From Massilicoli timonensis (lineage in GTDB: Bacteria; Bacillota_I; Bacilli_A; Erysipelotrichales; Erysipelotrichaceae), in NCBI RefSeq assembly GCF_900199515.1, contig NZ_LT963434.1, positions 993,272 to 1,025,271 of the forward strand: DNA of 32,000 nucleotides, given 5' to 3'. The notes beneath the pieces were generated by a model. That model had not been told where the DNA came from and did no database searches. It worked only from the letters and a program-made list of their open reading frames with translations. The translations under genes were made by a program, and so were the position numbers. Positions 14,979-23,044 of this stretch are shown here, one piece after another; positions within the stretch are counted from its first letter, which is position 1, and every line of letters starts with the position of its first letter.

Positions 14979-17099
14979 TTATTTTTCTTTTACCAGTACG
15001 ATCGTCGCATACTTATCGATAATCAAATCATCTTGTTTATATTCATTTTCGATCTTGCAGTTATAAAACAGCAGACGATAGGCATATTCCAGTCGATACG
15101 TATAGATCGACGCAGTCGGATTGAAGATCACCACTGCCTCTTCATGATCATTTTGCAGACGATAGATCAATACCTGCCGGTCAATGTCTTCAAAGCGAAC
15201 GCCTTTGGCAATCGACGCCGCATCCGGGAAACGAAATACATCGTGTTTTTTGCGGATCGCAATGAGCGCTTTGGCAGCCTCTACGATTTCCAGATAACGA
15301 TCACGCCGGTCATAATCCATCTGATTGATCTGATCTTTTTCACAATAAGTATTATGCAGACCGTGTTTGGTGCGGGCAAACTCCTGTCCACTGTGAATAA
15401 AAGGAATCCCCTGTGCAAGCAAAGTAGCTCCCAATAACATGATCTGTCTGAGCATGCGCACTTCCCGCGTATCTTCTTTACAACATTCACGCATCTTATC
15501 CCATGCGGTCATATTGTCATGGCACTCTACATAGTTTACAACATTCTGCGGCGAAGAAAACAACGCCGTATCGCCATGTGGCATCGTTGATGCAAGCAGG
15601 CAGTTCTGCATGACATCGATCAGATAAGTCGCTCCGGTACAATAGCCTTTTGTCGCCACTTCATTTTGTGAGGTCATCCCCTTTGCCACATCTCGAAAGC
15701 GGTCGGAAAAATGGGCGATATGCGGAATCAGATGCTGATTGCGGATACAGGCGCGCTGATCAAAATCCAGCATGCTCGGCATATCCCAGCCTTCTCCATA
15801 GATCATAATATTCGGATTGATCGCATGGCATACTTCATAGACCAGATTCATTGTCTGGGTATCTAATATTCCCATTAAATCAAAGCGCAAGCCATCGATC
15901 CGATAGGTTTCGCATAAAAACCGGCAAGCCTGCACGATCAGCATTCTGCCCATCGTTCGCGTGGAATCAAAATCATTGCCGCAGAAAGTACCGTTTGATA
16001 ATTCCCCTTCTTCATTCATCTGAAAATAGTAATACGGCACACAAGCCTGCAGGGCATTGCTGTTCACTTCAAACACATGATTGAACACCACGTCCAGATT
16101 GACGCGAATGCCTGCTTTATGACAGGATTCCACCAAATGTGCAAACTCCATCATACGACTGTAAGCATTGGTCGGATCTAAGCCATAACTGCCTTCTAAA
16201 GCAAAATACTGCACCGGATCATAACCCCAGTTATAAAACAGCTGCTGGTACTGCTCATCAACTGAGCCGAAATCCATGACCGGCATCAGCTGCACATGCG
16301 TAATACCCAGCGATTTCAAATAGCTGAAACCAGACATTTTTGCTTTGGTCTGCTCATTTTCCTCCACAAAACCTAAGAAAGAGCCGGGATAAGTAACCCC
16401 ACATCCCCTCTGCATCGTAAAATCACGCACGCTTGTTTCATAAATGATCGCATCACAGTAATTGCGCAATGGCGGAAGTGGATAGTCCTTGATACGGATC
16501 CGCTTTTTATCTACGACGACCGAGCGTTTGGAATTATAGGTAGAAGCGATGCCGTATGGATCGATCGTCTCTTTCCATGCCCCATTGACTTTTACCAGAT
16601 AAACATAGGACGCATTCTCCATATCTCCGCTTACGACACAGCGAAATATGCCGTTATGCTCCCGTTTCATCTCAAAGGTACGATACTGTCCCTCTTTTAA
16701 CAGTTCCAGCTTGACCCGATAAGCCGTCGGCGCCCATAAGGTAAACTTGCTTTCCTGCTTCTGATAAACACATCCTAAATCATTGCCATAATAGGCAAAC
16801 TCCTCATCAAAGCGATCTCTTTTCACGATATAGCCATAGCGTAGGATCGCCGCTCTTGCATGCTGGTGCAGCACCTCATATTCTTCACCGATCACCAGCG
16901 GTTTTTTCACTCTTAAAATATAGCGGTTGTACTGCTGCGGCGTCTGCTGTATCGACGTAATGGTCAAATCCTGAATATTGCCCAGCGTATCCCGCAAATA
17001 AAAGCAGTTGCTTTCTCCGTTATAACTGTTCTTGGATAAATATACGACGATCTTATCATAATCATCTAAGTATGCTTCAAAATACTCCTGCTGCCTCAT
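14979..17099 (-). CDS. pulA: Type I pullulanase / glycogen debranching enzyme (GH13)
   Basis: GH13 catalytic regions are present: NHVF, IDGLRFDLMG, IYGEGWD, YVECHDN. Preferred start is MRQQEYF at 17099, with an AGGTGA SD. The track start at 17126 is an alternative codon overlapping the predicted promoter. Confidence 0.9.
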   Translation of the reverse strand: MRQQEYFEAYLDDYDKIVVYLSKNSYNGESNCFYLRDTLGNIQDLTITSIQQTPQQYNRYILRVKKPLVIGEEYEVLHQHARAAILRYGYIVKRDRFDEEFAYYGNDLGCVYQKQESKFTLWAPTAYRVKLELLKEGQYRTFEMKREHNGIFRCVVSGDMENASYVYLVKVNGAWKETIDPYGIASTYNSKRSVVVDKKRIRIKDYPLPPLRNYCDAIIYETSVRDFTMQRGCGVTYPGSFLGFVEENEQTKAKMSGFSYLKSLGITHVQLMPVMDFGSVDEQYQQLFYNWGYDPVQYFALEGSYGLDPTNAYSRMMEFAHLVESCHKAGIRVNLDVVFNHVFEVNSNALQACVPYYYFQMNEEGELSNGTFCGNDFDSTRTMGRMLIVQACRFLCETYRIDGLRFDLMGILDTQTMNLVYEVCHAINPNIMIYGEGWDMPSMLDFDQRACIRNQHLIPHIAHFSDRFRDVAKGMTSQNEVATKGYCTGATYLIDVMQNCLLASTMPHGDTALFSSPQNVVNYVECHDNMTAWDKMRECCKEDTREVRMLRQIMLLGATLLAQGIPFIHSGQEFARTKHGLHNTYCEKDQINQMDYDRRDRYLEIVEAAKALIAIRKKHDVFRFPDAASIAKGVRFEDIDRQVLIYRLQNDHEEAVVIFNPTASIYTYRLEYAYRLLFYNCKIENEYKQDDLIIDKYATIVLVKEK

Positions 17100-17116
17100 T
17101 TTGATCACCTGCTTAT

Positions 17117-17125
17117 AGTATAACA
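17117..17125 (-). promoter_or_regulatory. Extended -10 promoter (TGtTATACT) for pulA
   Basis: Minus strand reads ttTGtTATACTataagcAGGTGAtcaaaATG. Confidence 0.4.
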
Positions 17126-17217
17126 AATTATCGCTTTCTTAGCGATGTTTTCTTCCCTTTATTCCCGTAAACCATACACCTTTTTTGAAAACGAAGCGAA
17201 GTTTCCCGATTCCTGTC

Positions 17218-18105
17218 CTATCGCCACTTCTCCTCCATGCAAGCAAGCCATGATGCTGCTATGTCTTCCATGATTTCCATATTTCCGTTATCGCCACATC
17301 CCATGTCATGCTTTGGCAAATGATAATCACTGCCTCCGCTTTGGTAAAGATCATGCGCTTTGCAATACGCGCTCAGCCATTCACTTTGCGCACGACTGTG
17401 GCGGCGATGGATACATTCGATACCATCCCATCCTCCTGTCAAAAACAGATCATGCAGCAGTTTTTCATGATCTTCGACATCATAGACAAAAGGATGTGCC
17501 AAAAAGCAAAGACCGCCTGCTGCTTTGACTGCCCGCATGCACACTGCCAAAGGCGGTGCGTCAAATTCTTCTTTGATATAGAAAGGAGAGCATGGATTCA
17601 AATAGTGATTACGATAAAATGTCGTGCGGTTTTCAATGCCCAGTTTTTCCAGGATCGCTTTGTTTCTTTCATCTGAAAGCAGCGCGTCACAGATCACATC
17701 GTTGGCTCTTTCATATCCCGCTTTGATGCTAACCGATGGATAATGCAGATGCAAAGCATCACAAACAGCGCACATCTGTCGCAACCGCTTTGTTTCTCTT
17801 GCAATGACTTCATCCTGTAAACGATGCTTCAGCAGCCCCGCATCCTCCAGCACCTGTTCATCAACGCCATAGGCAAGCATATCCATACACATGCCCTGAT
17901 AAGAAAAAGTCAGTTCACAGGCAGGCAAGATCTTGCCGGAAAATAAGCTTCTGATCTTAGGATCGGCCAGATCACGCCACGCATCCATCGTATCATGATC
18001 GCAGATCGCAAGATAGGCCAAGTTCTTGCGCTGTGCTTCCCGCAATACTTCTTCCACACTGCACGCACCATCTGAATGAAGCGTATGCACATGCAAATCC
18101 ATCAT
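17218..18105 (-). CDS. PHP-domain phosphoesterase, TrpH/YciV (RNase AM / pAp phosphatase)-like
   Basis: 295 aa. The N-terminus DLHVHTLHSDG...AICDHDT carries PHP metal ligands, and GGSDYH lies near the C-terminus. AAGGAGG SD. Confidence 0.8.
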   Translation of the reverse strand: MMDLHVHTLHSDGACSVEEVLREAQRKNLAYLAICDHDTMDAWRDLADPKIRSLFSGKILPACELTFSYQGMCMDMLAYGVDEQVLEDAGLLKHRLQDEVIARETKRLRQMCAVCDALHLHYPSVSIKAGYERANDVICDALLSDERNKAILEKLGIENRTTFYRNHYLNPCSPFYIKEEFDAPPLAVCMRAVKAAGGLCFLAHPFVYDVEDHEKLLHDLFLTGGWDGIECIHRRHSRAQSEWLSAYCKAHDLYQSGGSDYHLPKHDMGCGDNGNMEIMEDIAASWLACMEEKWR

Positions 18106-18306
18106 AGCGATTTCCTCCTTTACATTCTCTCTATGCTTTCAAATGAAGCATTTTTTATGACAAGGTAATCCTGCCATCTTTTTTATTTCCTGGGTAATAT
18201 TAAAGCAGATACTGCAATGCTTTCCAAAATCAGTAAATGCAGCGGATAAAACAAATAGAACACCCATTTGGCAAAGAACGAATGGCCTTCGCCTTTTTAT
18301 GTCTTT

Positions 18307-18315
18307 AGTATAGCA
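18307..18315 (-). promoter_or_regulatory. Extended -10 promoter (TGcTATACT), would give a ~195-nt leader for the PHP gene
   Basis: Minus strand reads gattgTGcTATACTaaag, directly downstream of the 18325-18361 hairpin. Confidence 0.35.
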
Positions 18316-18324
18316 CAATCATCG

Positions 18325-18361
18325 CATAGAAAGGCATGTGTTTCATCAGCGACACATACCT
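18325..18361 (-). terminator. Terminator after the BceB-like permease gene
   Basis: Minus strand reads AGGTATGTGT-10 nt-ACACATGCCT (one G-U pair) followed by TTTCT. Confidence 0.5.
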
Positions 18362-18408
18362 TTTACCATATTACAAATCCCTGTCAATTGATATGAGAAC
18401 ATCACTGC

Positions 18409-20313
18409 TTAATCGTACATGCTGTTTACAGCTTTTTTTACATTACCGATATAAAGGAATCTGGACAAAAGATAAAACAGGAAAAAGCAAACATAAATGA
18501 CCGCCAGACTGATGACATTCACAAACGGCAAGGTTGTCTGCATCAGTTCCCCAATCGCCTTGATCGAAAAATAGGAAATGCACGACATTGCCAATAATGG
18601 CATAACAAATGTAAGCAGCAATTCATAAGTAATAGAACGCTTTATCACATCATCATCTATTCCTAATTTGCTTAATATATGATAACGCGCTTGTTCTTCA
18701 AACGAATCATTGTATATCTTCATAAACAAGATACTGCCGCTAGCCAATATAAATACCATGAACATAAATACAGATACACTAAATAAGATTTTGATCCAAC
18801 TAATCTCAGCTCTTTCAGGATCCACTTTAACAAGTCCTAAACAATGAGAACTGGAGCGAATATCCGCTTCTGATCGTTCAAATCGAGATGGATCACTTAT
18901 TTTATAGTTATACATATAAACAGATGTACCAAGAAGCTTCAACTGCTGGTAAGTGCTGTCATTTACGATCATATAGTCCATATCTTCCTGCATATATCCC
19001 AAATAGGGTGCAGTCGTTTGATCGACCGAGGTGTAGGATATACCATTGATCTCCTGTGTGCTGCCGATGCTTTCATTTGTCAATGACATAAGATACAGCC
19101 GATTCAGCTCAACATATTCCCCATCCTTCGGTTCTTTTATGTTAAATGGCAAACCAGTTGTCTGCGCAATATTTTTCACATCTGTATATGCGATAATGGC
19201 GATCGGCACCGTAAACTTCTCACTGATATACTGCTCATGCAGCATCGTAATTTCCGCTTCTGATTGATAAGATACCTCATTTTGCTTTTCAATTAAGTTA
19301 TGAAATTCACGATGATATCCTGCCTGATCGCTCATGATCTGGTACGTATAAGTATTTTCAAAATGCACGATATTATCATAGCGATTTTTCATTGCGATTC
19401 CAAAAGCCAGTGCAGTGATCGCACATAACATCAAGATGCAGACGATCGCATAAGTGCGATAGTTTTTCTTCATCCTAAAAATAATACTGTTGATCCAAAG
19501 ATTTCTTTCCTTTTTATACAAGAACTTTTTATTATGCGCCAGCGACTGGAAAAGAAGAGGGATAAGACCGCCAAAAATAAAGTAGATTCCCGTCACTACA
19601 AGCACCACCGCCAACAAAAGATTTCCGACCACTTCCATGCCTGCATCTTTGATTGCAAAATAGCATCCTGTACTAATCAGGATCACACCCGACAACGCCT
19701 TGCCCGCAAGCAGCCATCTATTTTGTTTAACAGCCTCATTTTGTCTGTTTGCCGCTATCATTTCAAGCACACTGCTGTGGACGATATCGAGATACCCTTT
19801 TATCACGAAGATGCCGTAAATAAAAACAAAAATGAGAACAGTCATGAGCAAAGAGCGTACTGAAACATCAAAATAAATTTCCACGCTGATTGTAGATAAA
19901 CGCATCAAAATCATCGTAAACAACTGGGATGTCAAAATACCAAACAACAATCCATTTATCAGTGCCGCTGATCCGATAAAAAGTATTTCCGTCGCATAGA
20001 GCTTTCCGATCTCTTGGTTGGACAACCCCATGAATACATATATTCCTATTTCCTTTTTACACTTTGTTAAAAACACATTTGTTGCATACCAAATAAAGAA
20101 AAACATAAAACAGCCGATGACAAAAGACAGTATCTGCAAGATCACTTCAATATTGCGTGCATTGCTCTCACCTAACTGATCCAGTATGCCAGAATCTACA
20201 AGATTGATAAAATTACATAAAATCAAAATGGTAAAAGCAAGAGAAATGATCAATGAAAGATAATTTCTCATGCCGGAACGGGCATTTTGAATTGCCAGCT
20301 TCAACATGCTCAT
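18409..20313 (-). CDS. ABC transporter permease, FtsX-domain, BceB type (10 TM with large extracellular domain)
   Basis: 634 aa. Four N-terminal TMs, a further cluster, a soluble loop of about 200 aa (NRYDNIVHFEN...ISWIK), then C-terminal TMs. ATGA overlap with the ATPase gene. Confidence 0.85.
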   Translation of the reverse strand: MSMLKLAIQNARSGMRNYLSLIISLAFTILILCNFINLVDSGILDQLGESNARNIEVILQILSFVIGCFMFFFIWYATNVFLTKCKKEIGIYVFMGLSNQEIGKLYATEILFIGSAALINGLLFGILTSQLFTMILMRLSTISVEIYFDVSVRSLLMTVLIFVFIYGIFVIKGYLDIVHSSVLEMIAANRQNEAVKQNRWLLAGKALSGVILISTGCYFAIKDAGMEVVGNLLLAVVLVVTGIYFIFGGLIPLLFQSLAHNKKFLYKKERNLWINSIIFRMKKNYRTYAIVCILMLCAITALAFGIAMKNRYDNIVHFENTYTYQIMSDQAGYHREFHNLIEKQNEVSYQSEAEITMLHEQYISEKFTVPIAIIAYTDVKNIAQTTGLPFNIKEPKDGEYVELNRLYLMSLTNESIGSTQEINGISYTSVDQTTAPYLGYMQEDMDYMIVNDSTYQQLKLLGTSVYMYNYKISDPSRFERSEADIRSSSHCLGLVKVDPERAEISWIKILFSVSVFMFMVFILASGSILFMKIYNDSFEEQARYHILSKLGIDDDVIKRSITYELLLTFVMPLLAMSCISYFSIKAIGELMQTTLPFVNVISLAVIYVCFFLFYLLSRFLYIGNVKKAVNSMYD

Positions 20314-21071
20314 ACAAAATCACTTCCTATCGATGCCTGTACATCAATGATCCGATCATAAAACTCTTTCCTGTCCTTTCCTTTCGTCAGCTTACATTTG
20401 ATCATCCCATCATTTAATAAGTACACCTCTTTCGCAAAAGAAGCGCTGAACGCATCATGCGTGACCATCATGATCGTTGCTTTGCCCTCTTCGTTCGCAT
20501 GCTTTAGACATTCCAGCAGATCCCGGCTTGATTTAGAATCCAAAGCGCCGGTCGGTTCATCGGCAAAAATAATTTCAGGTGCAGTAATCAAAGCACGGCA
20601 AGCAGCGCCCCGCTGTTTTTGACCACCGGATAACTGATAGGGATACTTTTTTAAGTGTGTGGATAACCCAAACAACGCAGCCATTTCTTTTGTTTTTGCT
20701 ATACAGTTTGTATTAGCTGTACCATGCAGTGATAACGGCAAAGCGATGTTATCCTGAAGCGTCATCGTATCTAATAAGTTATAATCCTGAAAAATAAAAC
20801 CGATCTTATCTTTTCTGATCTTAGACAGCTCCTTATTTTTCAAATGCGTAATATCCTTGCCATTCAGTCTGATCGTGCCGCTTGTCGCATGATCGATCGT
20901 TGACAAGATATTCAATAAAGTCGTTTTCCCTGATCCGCTCGGCCCCATGATGGCAATAAAATCATTTTCATAAATATCCAGACTAACACCTCTTAACACC
21001 TTAGTACGAAAGCCTTTTGTACCATAGTCTTTTACTAGATTTTTAATTTCAAGTATTTTTTTATTTTCCAT
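20310..21071 (-). CDS. ABC transporter ATP-binding protein, BceA/MacB type
   Basis: Walker A GPSGSGKTT, signature LSGGQKQR, Walker B IIFADEPT. Preferred start is MENKKILEI at 21071, with a GGAGGA SD. The track start at 21116 overlaps the predicted promoter. Confidence 0.9.
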   Translation of the reverse strand: MENKKILEIKNLVKDYGTKGFRTKVLRGVSLDIYENDFIAIMGPSGSGKTTLLNILSTIDHATSGTIRLNGKDITHLKNKELSKIRKDKIGFIFQDYNLLDTMTLQDNIALPLSLHGTANTNCIAKTKEMAALFGLSTHLKKYPYQLSGGQKQRGAACRALITAPEIIFADEPTGALDSKSSRDLLECLKHANEEGKATIMMVTHDAFSASFAKEVYLLNDGMIKCKLTKGKDRKEFYDRIIDVQASIGSDFV

Positions 21072-21095
21072 AGCTGTTTCCTCCATTTCATTTTC

Positions 21096-21160
21096 ATTAT
21101 AGAGAAATACCGCCATTTAATCCTTGCATACATGTTACATATCATAGATCAGCGTTACAT
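21096..21160 (-). promoter_or_regulatory. Candidate response-regulator-dependent promoter of the ABC genes
   Basis: Minus strand has ATGTAAC-N13-ATGTAAC (plus-strand 21134-21140 and 21154-21160) upstream of a TATAAT (21096-21101). The -35 is poor. Confidence 0.35.
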
Positions 21161-21170
21161 TTCAGTAAGA

Positions 21171-22145
21171 TTAGAAACGAAAGTAAGATTCATTATTAGA
21201 AAAGTGAATACAGAAGCAAGTATATTCATCAACTCTGCTCTTTACGGAAATAAAATGCCCTAATCTGTCAACGATCTGCTTCACCATATACAATCCCATT
21301 CCCGTAGATTTATATTCCCCGTTATGATAATTACTGCCTGTATAGCCCCTTTCAAAAATCCGCGGCAGATCTGCATCGCCGATTCCCTCTCCGAAGTCTT
21401 TGATATACAAATGAACACTCTGATCGGCTGTTTCTGTCCAGATCTTCAGCGACGGTTTTTCTTTTGCATATTTGATTGCATTGGCAATCATTTGGTCCAA
21501 CACATATACCATCCACTCTTTATCTGAATATACATCACTGTCATGTATGTCGATTGTGATAGAAAAATGATTCTTTATCAAAAAATAACGATTATTCTTG
21601 ATCGCTGTTTTGACACATTCAGAAAGATCAACTTTTTTAATTTGAATATCATAGATCTGACTTTGCACCTTACAGCCCAGCAACGCTGTATTTAATTGAT
21701 TGTTCATTTTCTCTAGCTGTTCCTGTAATCCTTCATTTCTTATATCTTCATTCATTAGCATTGCTGCCGACAAAGGCAGTTTGATTTCGTGACACCATCG
21801 CGCAATATAATCCTGCAAGTCTTGATTCCTGTCATATTCCTGCTGCAAATATGCCTGATAGAGCGCATGGTCGTGCAGTGCGATATCAATGTTTTCAAAC
21901 TCTGTCAAATCCGGTGCAATGATTTCACTGCTCTTTAAGTATTCTTGTTTATTCTTTTCTTTTTTTCTATATTTACAAAATGTAAAAAGAAATAGACCGC
22001 TCATGATCGTCAATATCAGGATATCTAAATAGATCAGATACCCAAAATTGATCTCTGGCAGCAGGAAAACGAAGTAAAAATGATAGAAAAGAAAAATGAT
22101 GACTATCGTAAACCAGTAAACAAAACTTTGCTTAAAATATTTCAT
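21171..22145 (-). CDS. Intramembrane-sensing histidine kinase, BceS type
   Basis: Two N-terminal TMs are joined by a loop of about 6 residues (PEINFG), so there is no sensory ectodomain. H-box is WCHEIKLPL. HATPase motifs are NAIKY, DFGEGI and GMGLY. Preferred start is MKYFKQ at 22145 (ATGA overlap with the response regulator stop). Confidence 0.85.
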   Translation of the reverse strand: MKYFKQSFVYWFTIVIIFLFYHFYFVFLLPEINFGYLIYLDILILTIMSGLFLFTFCKYRKKEKNKQEYLKSSEIIAPDLTEFENIDIALHDHALYQAYLQQEYDRNQDLQDYIARWCHEIKLPLSAAMLMNEDIRNEGLQEQLEKMNNQLNTALLGCKVQSQIYDIQIKKVDLSECVKTAIKNNRYFLIKNHFSITIDIHDSDVYSDKEWMVYVLDQMIANAIKYAKEKPSLKIWTETADQSVHLYIKDFGEGIGDADLPRIFERGYTGSNYHNGEYKSTGMGLYMVKQIVDRLGHFISVKSRVDEYTCFCIHFSNNESYFRF

Positions 22146-22819
22146 TCTATGTAATACCCTTGTCCTTTCTTCGTCTGGATCAGTTCCGCTTGACAACATT
22201 CTTTTATTTTGGCTCTTAACCTGGATATGAGCACCGTCAACGTATTGTCAGATATAAATTCATCAGTGCTCCATAATGCATCCATTAACTGGCTTCTGGA
22301 AACAATGTGTGGACGGCTCTGCGACAAAACTCTTAAGATTATATTTTCAGATTTAGTCAATTCTATTTTTTTATCGCTGCAGTACAGACTGCTTGTGCTG
22401 TTGTCATAGATGACATGCGGCATAAGAAACACTTTTTGTTCGCTCTTATATTGATAGGTCCTTCTTAACAATGCTTCGATCTTAGCCTTTAGGAATATTA
22501 GCTGGAACGGCTTTTCAATATAATCATCCCCTCCCTGCGTGATCGCCATGACCTTATCTTGATCATCACTTCTGCTGCTGATAAAAATAATCGGTACTTT
22601 TGATATCTCACGAATCTGATTGCACCAATAAAATCCATCATAGAGCGGCAGATTGATATCCATGAGAATCAGCCAAGGTCTGATTTTTTCAAAGTCATTT
22701 ACGATATTTTCAAAATGACGCGATGTTTCGACATCGTATCCCCACCTAGATAAATATAACTGTAGCTGTTCCGATAGTATTTTATCATCCTCTACCAGCA
22801 TGATTTTGATAGCCTCCAT
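22142..22819 (-). CDS. OmpR-family response regulator, BceR type
   Basis: Receiver domain (MLVEDD, LILMDINLP) plus a winged-helix C-terminus (LTVLISRLRAKI...TKKGQGYYIE). AAGGAGG SD. Confidence 0.9.
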   Translation of the reverse strand: MEAIKIMLVEDDKILSEQLQLYLSRWGYDVETSRHFENIVNDFEKIRPWLILMDINLPLYDGFYWCNQIREISKVPIIFISSRSDDQDKVMAITQGGDDYIEKPFQLIFLKAKIEALLRRTYQYKSEQKVFLMPHVIYDNSTSSLYCSDKKIELTKSENIILRVLSQSRPHIVSRSQLMDALWSTDEFISDNTLTVLISRLRAKIKECCQAELIQTKKGQGYYIE

Positions 22820-22872
22820 AACGCAAACCTCCTTAATCGTTGATCCAGATAATAGCTGTTTATCATAAACAT

Positions 22873-22914
22873 ATTATATCTTTTCCTGTGAGCCATGCAA
22901 TCATACCATGCAAT
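22873..22914 (-). promoter_or_regulatory. Promoter of the two-component operon with overlapping direct repeats
   Basis: Minus strand has TTGCAT-N16-TATAAT (-10 at 22873-22878). ATTGCATGG occurs twice 13 bp apart (plus-strand CCATGCAAT at 22893-22901 and 22906-22914), and the proximal copy contains the -35. Confidence 0.4.
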
Positions 22915-23003
22915 GTTGCAAAAGTGTTAGATATGATGCAAACTGAGAATCAAAAGAAAGCAGAGCTATTAGAAAGAAAAACTTCACTTACATAAAAGGA
23001 TAG

Positions 23004-23034
23004 CGATTACAATATAAAAAAAGAAACTGCACAT
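23004..23034 (-). terminator. Terminator after glgP
   Basis: Minus strand reads GGAACTG-tcaatgtg-CAGTTTC followed by TTTTTTTat. Confidence 0.5.
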
Positions 23035-23044
23035 TGACAGTTCC

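Noticed and set aside
17129-17147. ATCGCT-ttctt-AGCGAT hairpin between the PHP gene and pulA as a terminator
   Set aside because: The T-rich tract is on the plus strand, where nothing is transcribed toward it. On the minus strand it is followed by aatttg. It is too weak to call.
21072-21116. N-terminal extensions of track ORFs (ABC ATPase to 21116, kinase to 22199, pta to 9607, glgP to 25492, pulA to 17126, ung to 12370, recombinase to 8523, glgB to 27522)
   Set aside because: In each case an internal ATG has a proper SD at 5-9 nt and gives the canonical family N-terminus. The extension lacks an SD, uses an alternative start codon, or overlaps the predicted promoter or the upstream gene.
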